Source: an uncultured Gemmatimonadales bacterium (GTDB lineage: Bacteria > Gemmatimonadota > Gemmatimonadetes > Longimicrobiales > RSA9). From it: DNA of 64,000 nucleotides. The translations under genes and the position numbers were made by a program. Each line of letters opens with the position of its first letter. Positions within the stretch are counted from its first letter, which is position 1. Of the stretch, positions 21,274-30,686 are shown one piece after another. Under the pieces are notes generated by a model. That model searched no databases, was not told where the DNA came from, and worked only from the letters and a program-made list of their open reading frames with translations. The stretch is from the NCBI GenBank assembly GCA_963741945.1, contig CAVUKA010000001.1:608001-672000 (forward strand). The letters are read 5' to 3'.

Positions 21274-21738
21274 CTAGCCCTTCGCGTCCATCCGCCGCTT
21301 CAGCACCAGCGCGTCCTCCCGCGGCCGCGAGTAGTAGTTTCGCCGCCGCCCCACCTCCTGGAAGCCGTGGCGCGCGTAGAGTCTCCGCGCCGATTCGTTG
21401 GACACGCGCACCTCCAGGAACAGCTCCCGCACCCCCCGCTCCGTCACGCACTCGAACACCGCGCCGAGCAGCCGCTCCCCCACCCCACGCCGCCGGTGCT
21501 CCTCCGCCACCGCGATGTCGCCCAGCTCAGCCTGGTCCAGCACCACCCACAGCGCCGCGTACCCCACCACCTCGTCCCCGAGCTCGGCCACGAACAGGTG
21601 CGCGTCCGATCGCCGCAGCAGCGACAGGAACGTCCCCATGGTCCACGGCACCGGGAACGATGCCCGCTCGATGGACAGCACGCCCCCCAGGTCCCGCTCC
21701 GTCATCGGACGGACGGTCACCTCTCCGACGCTCGCCAT
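21274..21738 (-). CDS. rimI: Ribosomal protein S18-alanine N-acetyltransferase
   Basis: GNAT motifs IERASF..PW, LEVRVSN and GRRRNYY..PREDA. Confidence 0.93.
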   Translation of the reverse strand: MASVGEVTVRPMTERDLGGVLSIERASFPVPWTMGTFLSLLRRSDAHLFVAELGDEVVGYAALWVVLDQAELGDIAVAEEHRRRGVGERLLGAVFECVTERGVRELFLEVRVSNESARRLYARHGFQEVGRRRNYYSRPREDALVLKRRMDAKG

Positions 21739-22401
21739 CTAGCCTCTGACCCCCCGCTCCGCGCTCGACGCACGCACGTACGCCGGCTCCCACGCGCTCC
21801 CGTCCGCCACCTCCCCCGCCACCCGGTGCCTCGCCGCCAGCCACAGCAGCGTCGACGCCCGCGGGGGCGCCGGCGCCGTACCCACGCGCGCGCCCGCCGC
21901 GCGTAGCGCTCCCGCGTACTTCACCGCCCCGTCGCCCGCGTAGAGCGCGTCCCCCACACCCGCGAACGCTTCCGCCCGGTCCACCGACGGCGCCACCAGC
22001 GTCTCCAGCCGCTCCGCGTCCACACGCCAGGCGCCGCCGTAGCACTCCCCCCGCCGCGCGTCCAGCAGCGCGCACACCGGTCCGTCCCACGGCACGCCCG
22101 CCGCCACCACCAGCAGCGTCGAATAGGCGACGAGCGGGACGTCCAGCGCCGTCGCCAGCCCCTTGGCCGTCGCCCCCGCCACCCGCACCCCCGTGAACGA
22201 CCCCGGCCCCGCCCCCACCACCACCTCCCCGATGGCCGTGCGCTTCACGCCCGCAAGCGCCAGCGCCGCCTCCAGCGCCGGCAGCACCTTCTCCGCGTGC
22301 CTCGACTGCACGCCCACCCCCACTTCCGCCAGCACCCGGTCGTCCCGCGCCACCGCCACGCTCCCCAGCGCCGTGGCCGTTTCCACCGCCACCCGGATCA
22401 T
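21739..22401 (-). CDS. tsaB: tRNA t6A biosynthesis protein TsaB
   Basis: VETAT, HAE, GPGSFTGVR and DARRGE motifs. Confidence 0.93.
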   Translation of the reverse strand: MIRVAVETATALGSVAVARDDRVLAEVGVGVQSRHAEKVLPALEAALALAGVKRTAIGEVVVGAGPGSFTGVRVAGATAKGLATALDVPLVAYSTLLVVAAGVPWDGPVCALLDARRGECYGGAWRVDAERLETLVAPSVDRAEAFAGVGDALYAGDGAVKYAGALRAAGARVGTAPAPPRASTLLWLAARHRVAGEVADGSAWEPAYVRASSAERGVRG

Positions 22402-22979
22402 CGCCCGTCCTCCGCCGATCCGCCCGGTCCGATCAACTCCGGCGCGCTCCCCAGCCGGTCCATTGTCACCCGCCGCAGATGGCTCGCCCCCGCGTTCACG
22501 CGCGGTGGAGCGCCGCGGCGGCCGTCCCGGTCCGCATCATCGCCGGCACCGCCCGTGTCCGGATCGGACCCCCCCTCGACGAACGACAGCCTCACCTCCC
22601 ACCGGTCCGGCACCAGCAGCGCCTCCGCCCGCTCCGGCCACTCGATCAGCACGATCTCCTCTCCCTCCCCCAGCTCCCGCCAGCCCAGCTCCCACACGTC
22701 GTCCGCATCCTCCAGACGGTACAGGTCCAGGTGGTGCACCCGCACGCCACGCTCCCCCTCGTACGTGAACACCAGGTTGTACGTCGGCGACGGCATCGCC
22801 TGATGCACCCCCGCCCCCCGCGCCACCGCCCGCGCCAGCACCGACTTCCCCGAACCCAGCGGACCCCGCAGCGCCACCACCAGCGGCAGCCGCAGCGAGC
22901 CCCGCACCGCCAGCTCCCCGATCCGACGCCCCCACCCCTCCAGCGCCTCCTGGTCCACCGTCTCCCTCACCTCCGCCAT
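22398..22979 (-). CDS. tsaE: tRNA t6A biosynthesis ATPase TsaE
   Basis: GPLGSGKS, SPTY, HLDLYRL and IEWPER motifs. Confidence 0.93.
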   Translation of the reverse strand: MAEVRETVDQEALEGWGRRIGELAVRGSLRLPLVVALRGPLGSGKSVLARAVARGAGVHQAMPSPTYNLVFTYEGERGVRVHHLDLYRLEDADDVWELGWRELGEGEEIVLIEWPERAEALLVPDRWEVRLSFVEGGSDPDTGGAGDDADRDGRRGAPPRVNAGASHLRRVTMDRLGSAPELIGPGGSAEDGR

Positions 22980-23108
22980 CGACACGCCCCTCTCTCCCCT
23001 TCTCCGTTCCCTCAACGCCCTCCCCCAACATACTCCCCACCCCGCCCCCGCGCCCTCGCCACCTCCGCACCGCCGCGTGACCGTTGCGCTCGCCCATTTC
23101 GTTGCGCA

Positions 23109-23148
23109 GGTTGACTGTCAACCAGCGTCACACAAGCGTCACACGACC
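23109..23148. promoter_or_regulatory. Palindrome plus 11-bp-period direct repeat upstream of the BTAD regulator
   Basis: GGTTGAC-T-GTCAACC (23109-23123), then AGCGTCACAC at 23124 and 23135. Confidence 0.5.
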
Positions 23149-23210
23149 CCGGTGGCCCCGCCCATTCCGTGCGGGGCGCGTGGTCCCCTCCCGGGAGAGG
23201 CGGCCGCATC

Positions 23211-24962
23211 ATGGCGAAGCTCGACCTCCACCTGCTGGGCTCGCCGCGGGTCCTGGCCGATGGCGCCCGGGAGGTCCCGGGCATCCTGGGCAGCGCGAAG
23301 ATCATGGCGCTGCTGGCGTATCTGGCCACGTCACGGCCGGGGGCGCCGCGGCGCCGCGAGCTCATCACGGCGCTCCTCTGGCCCGAGCGGGACCGGCAGC
23401 ACGCGCGGCACGCCCTGCGCCAGCTCCTCACGCGTGTCCGTCACCTGGCGGGCGACGGCGTGCTGGCGTGCGACACGGAGGAGACGATCTGCCTTTCTCC
23501 CGCTGGCTGCTGGGCCGACACGGCGGCGCTGGAGGAGGCGCTGGCGCGCGGCCGCCTTGCCGGCGTCGTGGAATATTACACCGGTCCGTTCCTCGAGGGG
23601 TTCCACCTGTCGGAGTCGCCGGAGTTCGAGCGCTGGACGGACGAGCAGCGGCAGCGCTACGAGCGGGCGGCGCTGGACGCCGCCGACCGCCTGGCGGACG
23701 AAGCCAGGGCCGAGGCCGACCCGAAGGCGGAGGCGCGCTGGCTGGCGCGGGCGATCGAGATCGACGCGTTCAGCGAGCCGCACAGCGAGCGGCTGGTGGC
23801 GCTGCTCCTGGAAGTGGGCGAGCGCGGGCGCGCGCTGGCGGAGCGGGAGCGCCTCCGTCGTCGCGTGGAAGGCGACCTGGGGCTCTCCCTCGATGTCGAG
23901 CCGATCCCGCCCGAGCCCGGCGCCGGCCTCTTCCCCGGCGACCCCGGCGCGGGCCGCTCCCGCGGCGGCGCGCGCGGGCGGGGCAAGGCGCCCGGCCCCC
24001 TCACCGCGGGCGAGGAAGTGCGGCGCGGGCTCTTCCATTTCCGGCGCTGGCGCGTCGAGTCCGTTGAACGCGCCCTCGCCCACTTCAGCCGCGCCGCCGC
24101 TCTCGACCCCGACTCCGCCCCGGCCCACGCGGGCGTCGCGCTGGCGTACTGCACCCTCGGCCATTTCGGCCACCTCCCGCCGGACGTCGCCTTCCCCCGC
24201 GCGGAAGCCTCGGCCCGGCACGCCCTCGAGCTCGAGCCCGACCTCCCCGACGCCCACATGGCCCTCGGCATGAAGGCCCACGTCTACGACCGACGCGTCG
24301 GCGAAGCGCTCGACCGCCTCCATCACGCGCGCGACATCGCGCCGCACCTGCCCTTCCCGCACTGGGCCCTCGGGCTGGTCCACGCCAGCCTCCAGCAGCA
24401 CGACGAGGCCCGCGCCTCCATCCGCCACGCCCGCCTCCTCGACCCCGTCTCCATCCCCATCGGCACCGGCGAGGCCTGGGTCCACATCGGCGCCGGCGAC
24501 ATCGACCGCGCCGAGCGCCACGTCTGGGACACCCTCGAGCTCGACCCCGACGCGCCCCAGGCCCTCTGGCAGCTCGGCATGGTCCGCGAGCTCCAGGGCA
24601 ACCCCGCCGAGGCCGTCGGGCACCTCCGCCGCGCCCTCGATGCCTCCCCCGTCAACCCCCTCATCCTCGGCTCCCTCGGTCACGTCCTCGCCCGCGCCGG
24701 CGACGACGACGGCAGCCTCCGCATCCTCCAACGCCTCCGCAACGCCGCCGACCGCGGCCACTACATCCCCCACTTCGCCCTCGCCATGATCCACGCCGGC
24801 CGCGACGAGCCCGACCTCGCCCGCGTCGCCCTCCAGAACGCCCTCGATCAGCGCGACGGCCTCGTCGCCTTCCTCCTCCCCTGGCCCTTCACCCGCTCCC
24901 TCCACACCCACCCCTGGTTCGCCGACCTCGTCGACTCCCTCTTCCACGACATCCCCGCATAG
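23211..24962 (+). CDS. SARP-like transcriptional regulator (wHTH + BTAD + TPR)
   Basis: LHLLGSP, ALLAYLA, RRELITALLWPE..ARHALRQLL and YTGPFLEGFHLSESPEFERW motifs; C-terminal TPRs. Confidence 0.88.
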   Translation: MAKLDLHLLGSPRVLADGAREVPGILGSAKIMALLAYLATSRPGAPRRRELITALLWPERDRQHARHALRQLLTRVRHLAGDGVLACDTEETICLSPAGCWADTAALEEALARGRLAGVVEYYTGPFLEGFHLSESPEFERWTDEQRQRYERAALDAADRLADEARAEADPKAEARWLARAIEIDAFSEPHSERLVALLLEVGERGRALAERERLRRRVEGDLGLSLDVEPIPPEPGAGLFPGDPGAGRSRGGARGRGKAPGPLTAGEEVRRGLFHFRRWRVESVERALAHFSRAAALDPDSAPAHAGVALAYCTLGHFGHLPPDVAFPRAEASARHALELEPDLPDAHMALGMKAHVYDRRVGEALDRLHHARDIAPHLPFPHWALGLVHASLQQHDEARASIRHARLLDPVSIPIGTGEAWVHIGAGDIDRAERHVWDTLELDPDAPQALWQLGMVRELQGNPAEAVGHLRRALDASPVNPLILGSLGHVLARAGDDDGSLRILQRLRNAADRGHYIPHFALAMIHAGRDEPDLARVALQNALDQRDGLVAFLLPWPFTRSLHTHPWFADLVDSLFHDIPA

Positions 24963-25031
24963 CCCCCGCCGCTCGTCCGCAACACTCTCCACCCGGAGAG
25001 ATCTCCCGCAACGAAACACCACCCGCCGGCC

Positions 25032-25065
25032 GCGGGACGGTCGTGTGACGCACCCGTTCTAGATT
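25032..25065 (+). promoter_or_regulatory. Candidate BTAD-regulator box plus -10 element
   Basis: GCGGGACG-gtc-GTGTGACG (11-bp period) followed 9 nt later by TAGATT; 25039-25051 is the exact reverse complement of 23136-23148. Confidence 0.5.
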
Positions 25066-25157
25066 GCGTCCATTCCAGCCGTTCCGGGGGACGCCGCGGG
25101 CGCGGAACACCCCCGGAACCAGTCCGTGACCTCCCATCCACAGATCAGGAGGCTGTC

Positions 25158-26306
25158 GTGACCAGACTGTCCGGCTTTCTCGGCCGTCACGTGTTCCAGC
25201 CCTCGGACCGGATCCTGAGCGACCTCGCGGCCGACACCGGTCGGGGTCACATTCTGCACCAGAAGCTGACGGCCAACCGGGAGCGGAACTGGCTGCTCGC
25301 GCTGACGCTGCACGCGTGCGACAAGCTTCGCATCGGCGCGCCGCTGTCGCAGGCGGAGGAAGTGATCGTGACCGCCCTGCTGGAGAGCGGGCTGGGCGAG
25401 GCGAAGCTGAAGGACCAGGGTCGGCTGTTCGCGGAGATGGACCGGGACGTCCGGAGCATGTTCTTCCCCGGCGAGTTCGCGGGCCTCACGTCGGATGGCG
25501 CGCTCACCTACAAGGAGATGGCGGCCTGGCTCGCGGGCATCCAGCACGAGCTGCTGGCGAAGGAGAACACGGTGGTGGTGGACGCCGCGGCGATCCTCGA
25601 CGACCGGCTCACCCTCGCCGACCGTCCCGCGCTCCCGCCCTCGCTCCTCGCCGCATACGGCTGCGGCCTCACTGTCGCCGCCGACCACGGCCGCCGCTCC
25701 CGCCCCACCATGAAGTGCGGCGTGAAGGCCACCTGCTTCAAATGCGACGACGAGACCGGCTGGGACCTGGCCGGCGCCGACGAGCCGTACTGGGTGTTCG
25801 GCGCCCTGGACATCGGCGGGAATCACCCGTCCACCGCCCGCAGCCGCGTCTTCCCCGACGTGGACACCGGCGAGTTCCGCAGGTTCACCCCCGCCGAAGG
25901 CCGTATCTGGGGCCCCGGCGGCGCGCCCATGGAGCTCCCTTCCACCCTCGCCGTCGTCGTCTCCCTCTGGGAGCACGTCGGCGGCACCCTCGAGGAGATG
26001 GACGCCGTCGTCCAGGGCGTCTACGGCGCCACCGCCCGTTACCTGGCCGCCCTACGCCGCGCCAGCGCCCCCATCGCCATCGTCGCCGGCGCCGGCTCCC
26101 TCATCACCTGGCTCGGCACCTTCCTCAACGAGGACTACATCGCCGACCACACGTTCATCCTCGGCCGCAGCGTCCTCGAGCACGCCGTCACCACCGGCGC
26201 CGGCGAGGCCCGCTTCCGCCAGCGCTTCACCGACGGCGATGGCGACTACGTCCTCGAGCTCGCCGTGACCCAGAGCCCCTGGATCAGCGACGGGACGGAG
26301 ATCTGA
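25158..26306 (+). CDS. Hypothetical protein
   Basis: 382-aa ORF with strong GC3 bias and AGGAGG RBS before GTG; no family recognised. Confidence 0.75.
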   Translation: MTRLSGFLGRHVFQPSDRILSDLAADTGRGHILHQKLTANRERNWLLALTLHACDKLRIGAPLSQAEEVIVTALLESGLGEAKLKDQGRLFAEMDRDVRSMFFPGEFAGLTSDGALTYKEMAAWLAGIQHELLAKENTVVVDAAAILDDRLTLADRPALPPSLLAAYGCGLTVAADHGRRSRPTMKCGVKATCFKCDDETGWDLAGADEPYWVFGALDIGGNHPSTARSRVFPDVDTGEFRRFTPAEGRIWGPGGAPMELPSTLAVVVSLWEHVGGTLEEMDAVVQGVYGATARYLAALRRASAPIAIVAGAGSLITWLGTFLNEDYIADHTFILGRSVLEHAVTTGAGEARFRQRFTDGDGDYVLELAVTQSPWISDGTEI

Positions 26307-26425
26307 CGACGGGCGGGCCCGGCGGCGGCGGCCGCCGGGCCCGCCCGGACAGCTCTGGAGAAACCGACGACCAACGGATGCAACCACACCAACGCCCGGA
26401 CCACCTTCACAAGGAAGAACCCCCG

Positions 26426-28606
26426 ATGCGACGATCCAGCCTTCTCCCCGTGCTGATAGCATCTCTGGGACTCGGCCTCGCCTGTTCCGATACCACCGGC
26501 CCAGAACCCACGCTCTACCCCGACGGCGCCAGCGCCGGCATCACCGACGCGCTGCACCAGGATGGCGGCGTGACCGGCAACCCCCACTTCTTCTGGCTCG
26601 CGCCGATCGTCTCCGGCGACCCGTCAGCTTCCTTCGGCACCTTCGACCCGGCCGCGAGCCCGGTCGTGACCGTCGTCTGCCACTCGGCATCCGGGGTTGG
26701 CGCGACGTGCACCGGCGCGCCGGATCCCATCGCCACCTTCACCCTCGGCGACGGCGTCCTGGTCCAGGACGGCCAGTACCACCTCCAGTTCGACACGAAA
26801 GCGGCGTTCGGCACCTACACGCTTCGGACTTCGGTGGCGGACGGACCGCAGTACACCTATCGAATCGTGGTCACGATCGATGGCGACGCCGGAACGATCG
26901 AGCTCGGTCACGCCGACTTCCAGCTGGCCGAGTCCGGCAAGGACATCAAGAACCTGTCCAGCGACGACATGATCGGCCTCAAGGACGGCCGCATGCTCCC
27001 CGTCAAGTTCCGCATCGACCTCGCGGCATACGACTATGGTGTGGCCAACGCCCTCTTCGCGTCCTACGGCGACGACGGCTATCCCGACCCCGAGCTCTGT
27101 GCGACCAACTGTGCCGTGGAACAGGTGGACCCCGAAACGGGCGGCGACTTCTTCCTCTTCGACCCCCGCGCCGGCTTCAACACCACCGGCGTGCGTTTCG
27201 GGACGGAGGACCTGCCTCCTCTGGGAGAAGGCGAGGAGTACACCCTCGTCATCGACCAGCGCCTCACCGACGACGAGATCGACGACGGCTACACCTGCTA
27301 CTACGACGCCGATCTCGCCCAGTGGGACTGCTACCGCTACCTCCTCTTCCCGGAGCCGGAGGCGTTCAACAACCCGGTCCTCGTGGGGATCTGCGACTAC
27401 AGCGCGCTCCTGAACGACAGCCCGGAGAGCCTGCAGATCGGCAAGGCGGACTATTACAGCGGCGAGGGCTGGTCGGTGGACTTCCTCGAGCCCATGGATG
27501 CCACGGACCTGCTCAGCTGCGCGCCGGCGGCGGTCGGTTCGCTGACCTCGTTCCGCTCCACCCTCCGCCTCGCCTTCGACTGGCTGGTCCCGCCCGCGTA
27601 CGCGCAGCGCACCACCCGAGTCATCGGCGGCATGGCGAATGACTTCAGCGACTTCTTCCTGACGCCATACACGATCCCGTCCGAGCTGCCCGGAACGATC
27701 ATCTTCGAGGCGGAGAACCCGGACAACGGCGGCAGCGTGGACCTGTTCGCCCTCACGTCGGGCGGAACGGCCGAGGTGCTGGTAGGCGACGACACGGACG
27801 ATCGTGACGGAGTGGTGTCGAACGGCTCGCTCGCCTGGAGCGCTCACACACCATACCTGGCCGGCTCGGAGCCGTCGGCAAAGCTGCGCGTGCTGAACCT
27901 GACAACGAGCGTTGCCAGCGACGTCATCACTACAGGGCTCCCGCTCCAAATTGAGCCCGACCTGAATACCACCGGAACCGTCGTCGCCTTTGCCACGCCA
28001 CATTCCATCGCATCGCCGATGAACTTCGACATCTACACGGTTGCGCTGTCCGGGGGCGCGACGCTTCAGGTCACCGACGGAGCCGAGGCCACCACCGACC
28101 CCTGCACCAGCGAGAGCCCCGCGTGGTCGCTGGACGGGTCCGCTCTGGCATATGCGACCAACTGCGGCGGGGCCTGGATGATTGTGGTCCTCGAGCACTT
28201 CAACACGGAATTCGAGGCGAAGCACGAATACACAGTCGGCGCCTATGCACCCAGGTCGCTCGCCTGGCTTGGAGACGGCCACATCGTGTACGAGGCGAAC
28301 TTCCACCTCTACGCGATGGATGTTTCGGACGGGTCTCACACGCCGCTCACGCCTGCCTCCGACACGTCCGTCGAGGTCTCCGACCCCGTGATCTCCCCGG
28401 ACGGCACCTGGATCGCGTTCGCGTACATCCAGGGCGCCGGCCGCGAGATCTGGGCGTTCCAGGTGCCCGACCTCACGAACTGGGACCAGGTGCTGAGTGG
28501 GGAGGCCAGCTTCGTTGTCGGGCCGGAGTCCTGGGTGCTGGTGACAGACGAGGCAGTCCTCCCGCGTCCCACGGACTGGATGCCCACGCCAACAGGGCTG
28601 CAATGA
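26426..28606 (+). CDS. Secreted lipoprotein with C-terminal TolB-like (PD40) beta-propeller
   Basis: MRRSSLL..LGLACSD lipoprotein signal; C-terminal SPAWSLDG and DPVISPDGTWIAF motifs; AAGGAAG RBS. Confidence 0.8.
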   Translation: MRRSSLLPVLIASLGLGLACSDTTGPEPTLYPDGASAGITDALHQDGGVTGNPHFFWLAPIVSGDPSASFGTFDPAASPVVTVVCHSASGVGATCTGAPDPIATFTLGDGVLVQDGQYHLQFDTKAAFGTYTLRTSVADGPQYTYRIVVTIDGDAGTIELGHADFQLAESGKDIKNLSSDDMIGLKDGRMLPVKFRIDLAAYDYGVANALFASYGDDGYPDPELCATNCAVEQVDPETGGDFFLFDPRAGFNTTGVRFGTEDLPPLGEGEEYTLVIDQRLTDDEIDDGYTCYYDADLAQWDCYRYLLFPEPEAFNNPVLVGICDYSALLNDSPESLQIGKADYYSGEGWSVDFLEPMDATDLLSCAPAAVGSLTSFRSTLRLAFDWLVPPAYAQRTTRVIGGMANDFSDFFLTPYTIPSELPGTIIFEAENPDNGGSVDLFALTSGGTAEVLVGDDTDDRDGVVSNGSLAWSAHTPYLAGSEPSAKLRVLNLTTSVASDVITTGLPLQIEPDLNTTGTVVAFATPHSIASPMNFDIYTVALSGGATLQVTDGAEATTDPCTSESPAWSLDGSALAYATNCGGAWMIVVLEHFNTEFEAKHEYTVGAYAPRSLAWLGDGHIVYEANFHLYAMDVSDGSHTPLTPASDTSVEVSDPVISPDGTWIAFAYIQGAGREIWAFQVPDLTNWDQVLSGEASFVVGPESWVLVTDEAVLPRPTDWMPTPTGLQ

Positions 28607-28644
28607 CCATCTAGAACCGGCTTCCCCTTCACCCCGGGACCACC

Positions 28645-30474
28645 ATGGGCCTCTTCGCGCGGATACGGGAACGGCGGCTGTTCCAGATCGTGGCGGCGTA
28701 CCTGGCGGCCGGCTGGATCGGCCTGGAGGTGTTCGACCAGCTCGTGGACCGCGAGGTGCTGCCGCGGGTGGTCTACACGATCGCCCTGGCCTGGTTTGCG
28801 GCCGGGATCGTGGTGGCGGTCCTGGTGGGGTGGTACCACGGGGAGAAGGGGAAGCAGAAGGCGCCGGTGCAGGAGATCGTCACCATCGCGGTGGTGGCGC
28901 TGGCGGTGCTCGGGTTCAGCGGCTCGTCCGCGTACGACTACTGGTCGCAGCGTCGGGCGCTCGCGGCCGCGGAAGCGTCGGCGCTGGACCTGGGCCGCGT
29001 CGCCGTCCCCTACTTCGTCGACCTGTCGGCCGCCGGTGAGCTGCGCCCGGTGGCCGATGGGCTGACGGAGTCGCTCATCGACGAGCTCTCGGAGGTCTCC
29101 GGTCTGGACGTGCTCTCCCGCAACGCCGTAGCGCCGTACCGCGAGGCCCGTGTGCCGCTGGACAGCGTCGGGCGTGCGCTGAAGGCGGGGACGGTGGTGG
29201 ACGGCGCGGTGGAGAAGGTGGGCGACGACGTGCGCGTCGTCGTCCGGCTGGTGGACGGCCAGAGCGGCGTGGAGTTCGACCGCGCGGTGCTGGAGCGGCC
29301 GGCCGCCGAGCTGCTGGCGGCGAGGGATGCGGTGGCGGAGGAGACGGCGAGGCTGCTGCGCGGGCTGCTCGGCCACCAGGTGCAGCTGCGGCACACCAAG
29401 CGGCAGACGGAGAGCCTGGCCGCGTGGACGCTGTACCAGCGCGCGGAGTTCGAGCGGAAGCAGGCGGAGGACGCCCTGCTCGAGGGCGACGCCGGGGCCA
29501 TGGCCACCGCGTTCGACCGCGCCGACTCGCTCCTCGTGCAGGCTCAGCTGCTCGACCCCACGTGGCCGGAGACGGCGGTGCTGCGCGGGCACATCGCCTT
29601 CCGCCGCTCCCGCCTCGGCACCGACCTGGACGACATGGTGGCGTGGGGGGACCGCGGCCTCGAGCGCGTCCAGGCCGCACTCGACCTCGACCCCAACGAC
29701 GCCCGCGCGCTGGAAGTGCGCGGCACGCTGAAGTACTGGCACTGGCTCATGGGCGTGATCCCCGAGCGCGACGAGAGCGACGCGCTGTTCCGCAGCGCCC
29801 GCGCGGACCTGGAGCGCGCCGTGGACATCGACGATCGCCTGGCCAGCGCGTACGCCTGCCTCAGCCACCTCTACCTGAACGCCCCGGACCTCACCGCCGC
29901 CGTCCTGGCCGGGCGCAAGGCCTACGAGGAGGACGCCTACCTGGCCGATGCCGACCTCGTGATCTGGCGCATCGCCAGCGCGTCGCTCAACCTCGGGCAG
30001 TACCGGGAGATGGCCCGCTGGTGCGACACCGGGCGCGAGCGCTTCCCGGGCAACTACCGGTTCGTCGCCTGCCAGCTCCTCGCCATGAACACCGACGCCG
30101 TGGAGCCCGACGTCCCCACCGCCTGGGACCTCCTGGCCGCCCTCGACTCCCTCGCCCCCGTGAACCAGCGCGACTGGGAGATCGCCCGCGCGCGCCTGGC
30201 CATCGCCGGCGTCCTCGCCCGCGCCGAGCTGCCCGACAGCGCCCGTGCCGTCCTCGCCCGCGCCCACCGGGGCATCACCGAGGCCGTGGACCCCACCCGC
30301 GACCTGCTGCTCGTGGAAGGTGAGGTGTGGACCCAGCTCGGCGATGACGACCGCGCCATCGACCTCCTGAAGCAGTACGCCGCCGCCAACCCCGGCACCG
30401 ACTTCGGGGAGCAGGGCTGGTGGACCAATCTCCGGCGCCACCCGCGCTGGAGGGAGGTCGTCGCCGGCGGCTGA
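28645..30474 (+). CDS. Membrane-anchored TolB_N-like/TPR domain protein
   Basis: RERRLFQIVAAY N-terminus with three TM helices, RVAVPYF..ADGLTESLIDELS..GLDVLSR domain and TPRs. Confidence 0.8.
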   Translation: MGLFARIRERRLFQIVAAYLAAGWIGLEVFDQLVDREVLPRVVYTIALAWFAAGIVVAVLVGWYHGEKGKQKAPVQEIVTIAVVALAVLGFSGSSAYDYWSQRRALAAAEASALDLGRVAVPYFVDLSAAGELRPVADGLTESLIDELSEVSGLDVLSRNAVAPYREARVPLDSVGRALKAGTVVDGAVEKVGDDVRVVVRLVDGQSGVEFDRAVLERPAAELLAARDAVAEETARLLRGLLGHQVQLRHTKRQTESLAAWTLYQRAEFERKQAEDALLEGDAGAMATAFDRADSLLVQAQLLDPTWPETAVLRGHIAFRRSRLGTDLDDMVAWGDRGLERVQAALDLDPNDARALEVRGTLKYWHWLMGVIPERDESDALFRSARADLERAVDIDDRLASAYACLSHLYLNAPDLTAAVLAGRKAYEEDAYLADADLVIWRIASASLNLGQYREMARWCDTGRERFPGNYRFVACQLLAMNTDAVEPDVPTAWDLLAALDSLAPVNQRDWEIARARLAIAGVLARAELPDSARAVLARAHRGITEAVDPTRDLLLVEGEVWTQLGDDDRAIDLLKQYAAANPGTDFGEQGWWTNLRRHPRWREVVAGG

Positions 30475-30512
30475 GCCGCGTCGCGGCCTCTCCGTGTCCG
30501 CGCCCCCGCGCT

Positions 30513-30686
30513 CCGGCCGTTTTCGTGTCCGTGCTCCGGCCGTTTTCGTGTCCGTGTCCCGTGCCCCGGCCGTTTTCGTGTCCGTGCTCCGGCCGTTTTC
30601 GTGTCCGTACTCCGGCCGTTTTCGTGTCCGTACTCCGGCCGTTTTCGTGTCCGTGCCCCGTGCCCCGGCCGTTTCGTGTCCGCGCC
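30513..30686. repeat. Tandem array 1: seven CCGGCCGTTT(T)CGTGTCCG units
   Basis: Units at 30513, 30536, 30566, 30589, 30612, 30635 and 30665 (periods 23/30). Confidence 0.95.

Noticed and set aside
25316-26425. N-terminal extension giving a 1096-aa ORF
   Set aside because: It is an Arg/Pro-rich off-frame overlap with the 25158 gene; the real start is the signal peptide ATG at 26426.
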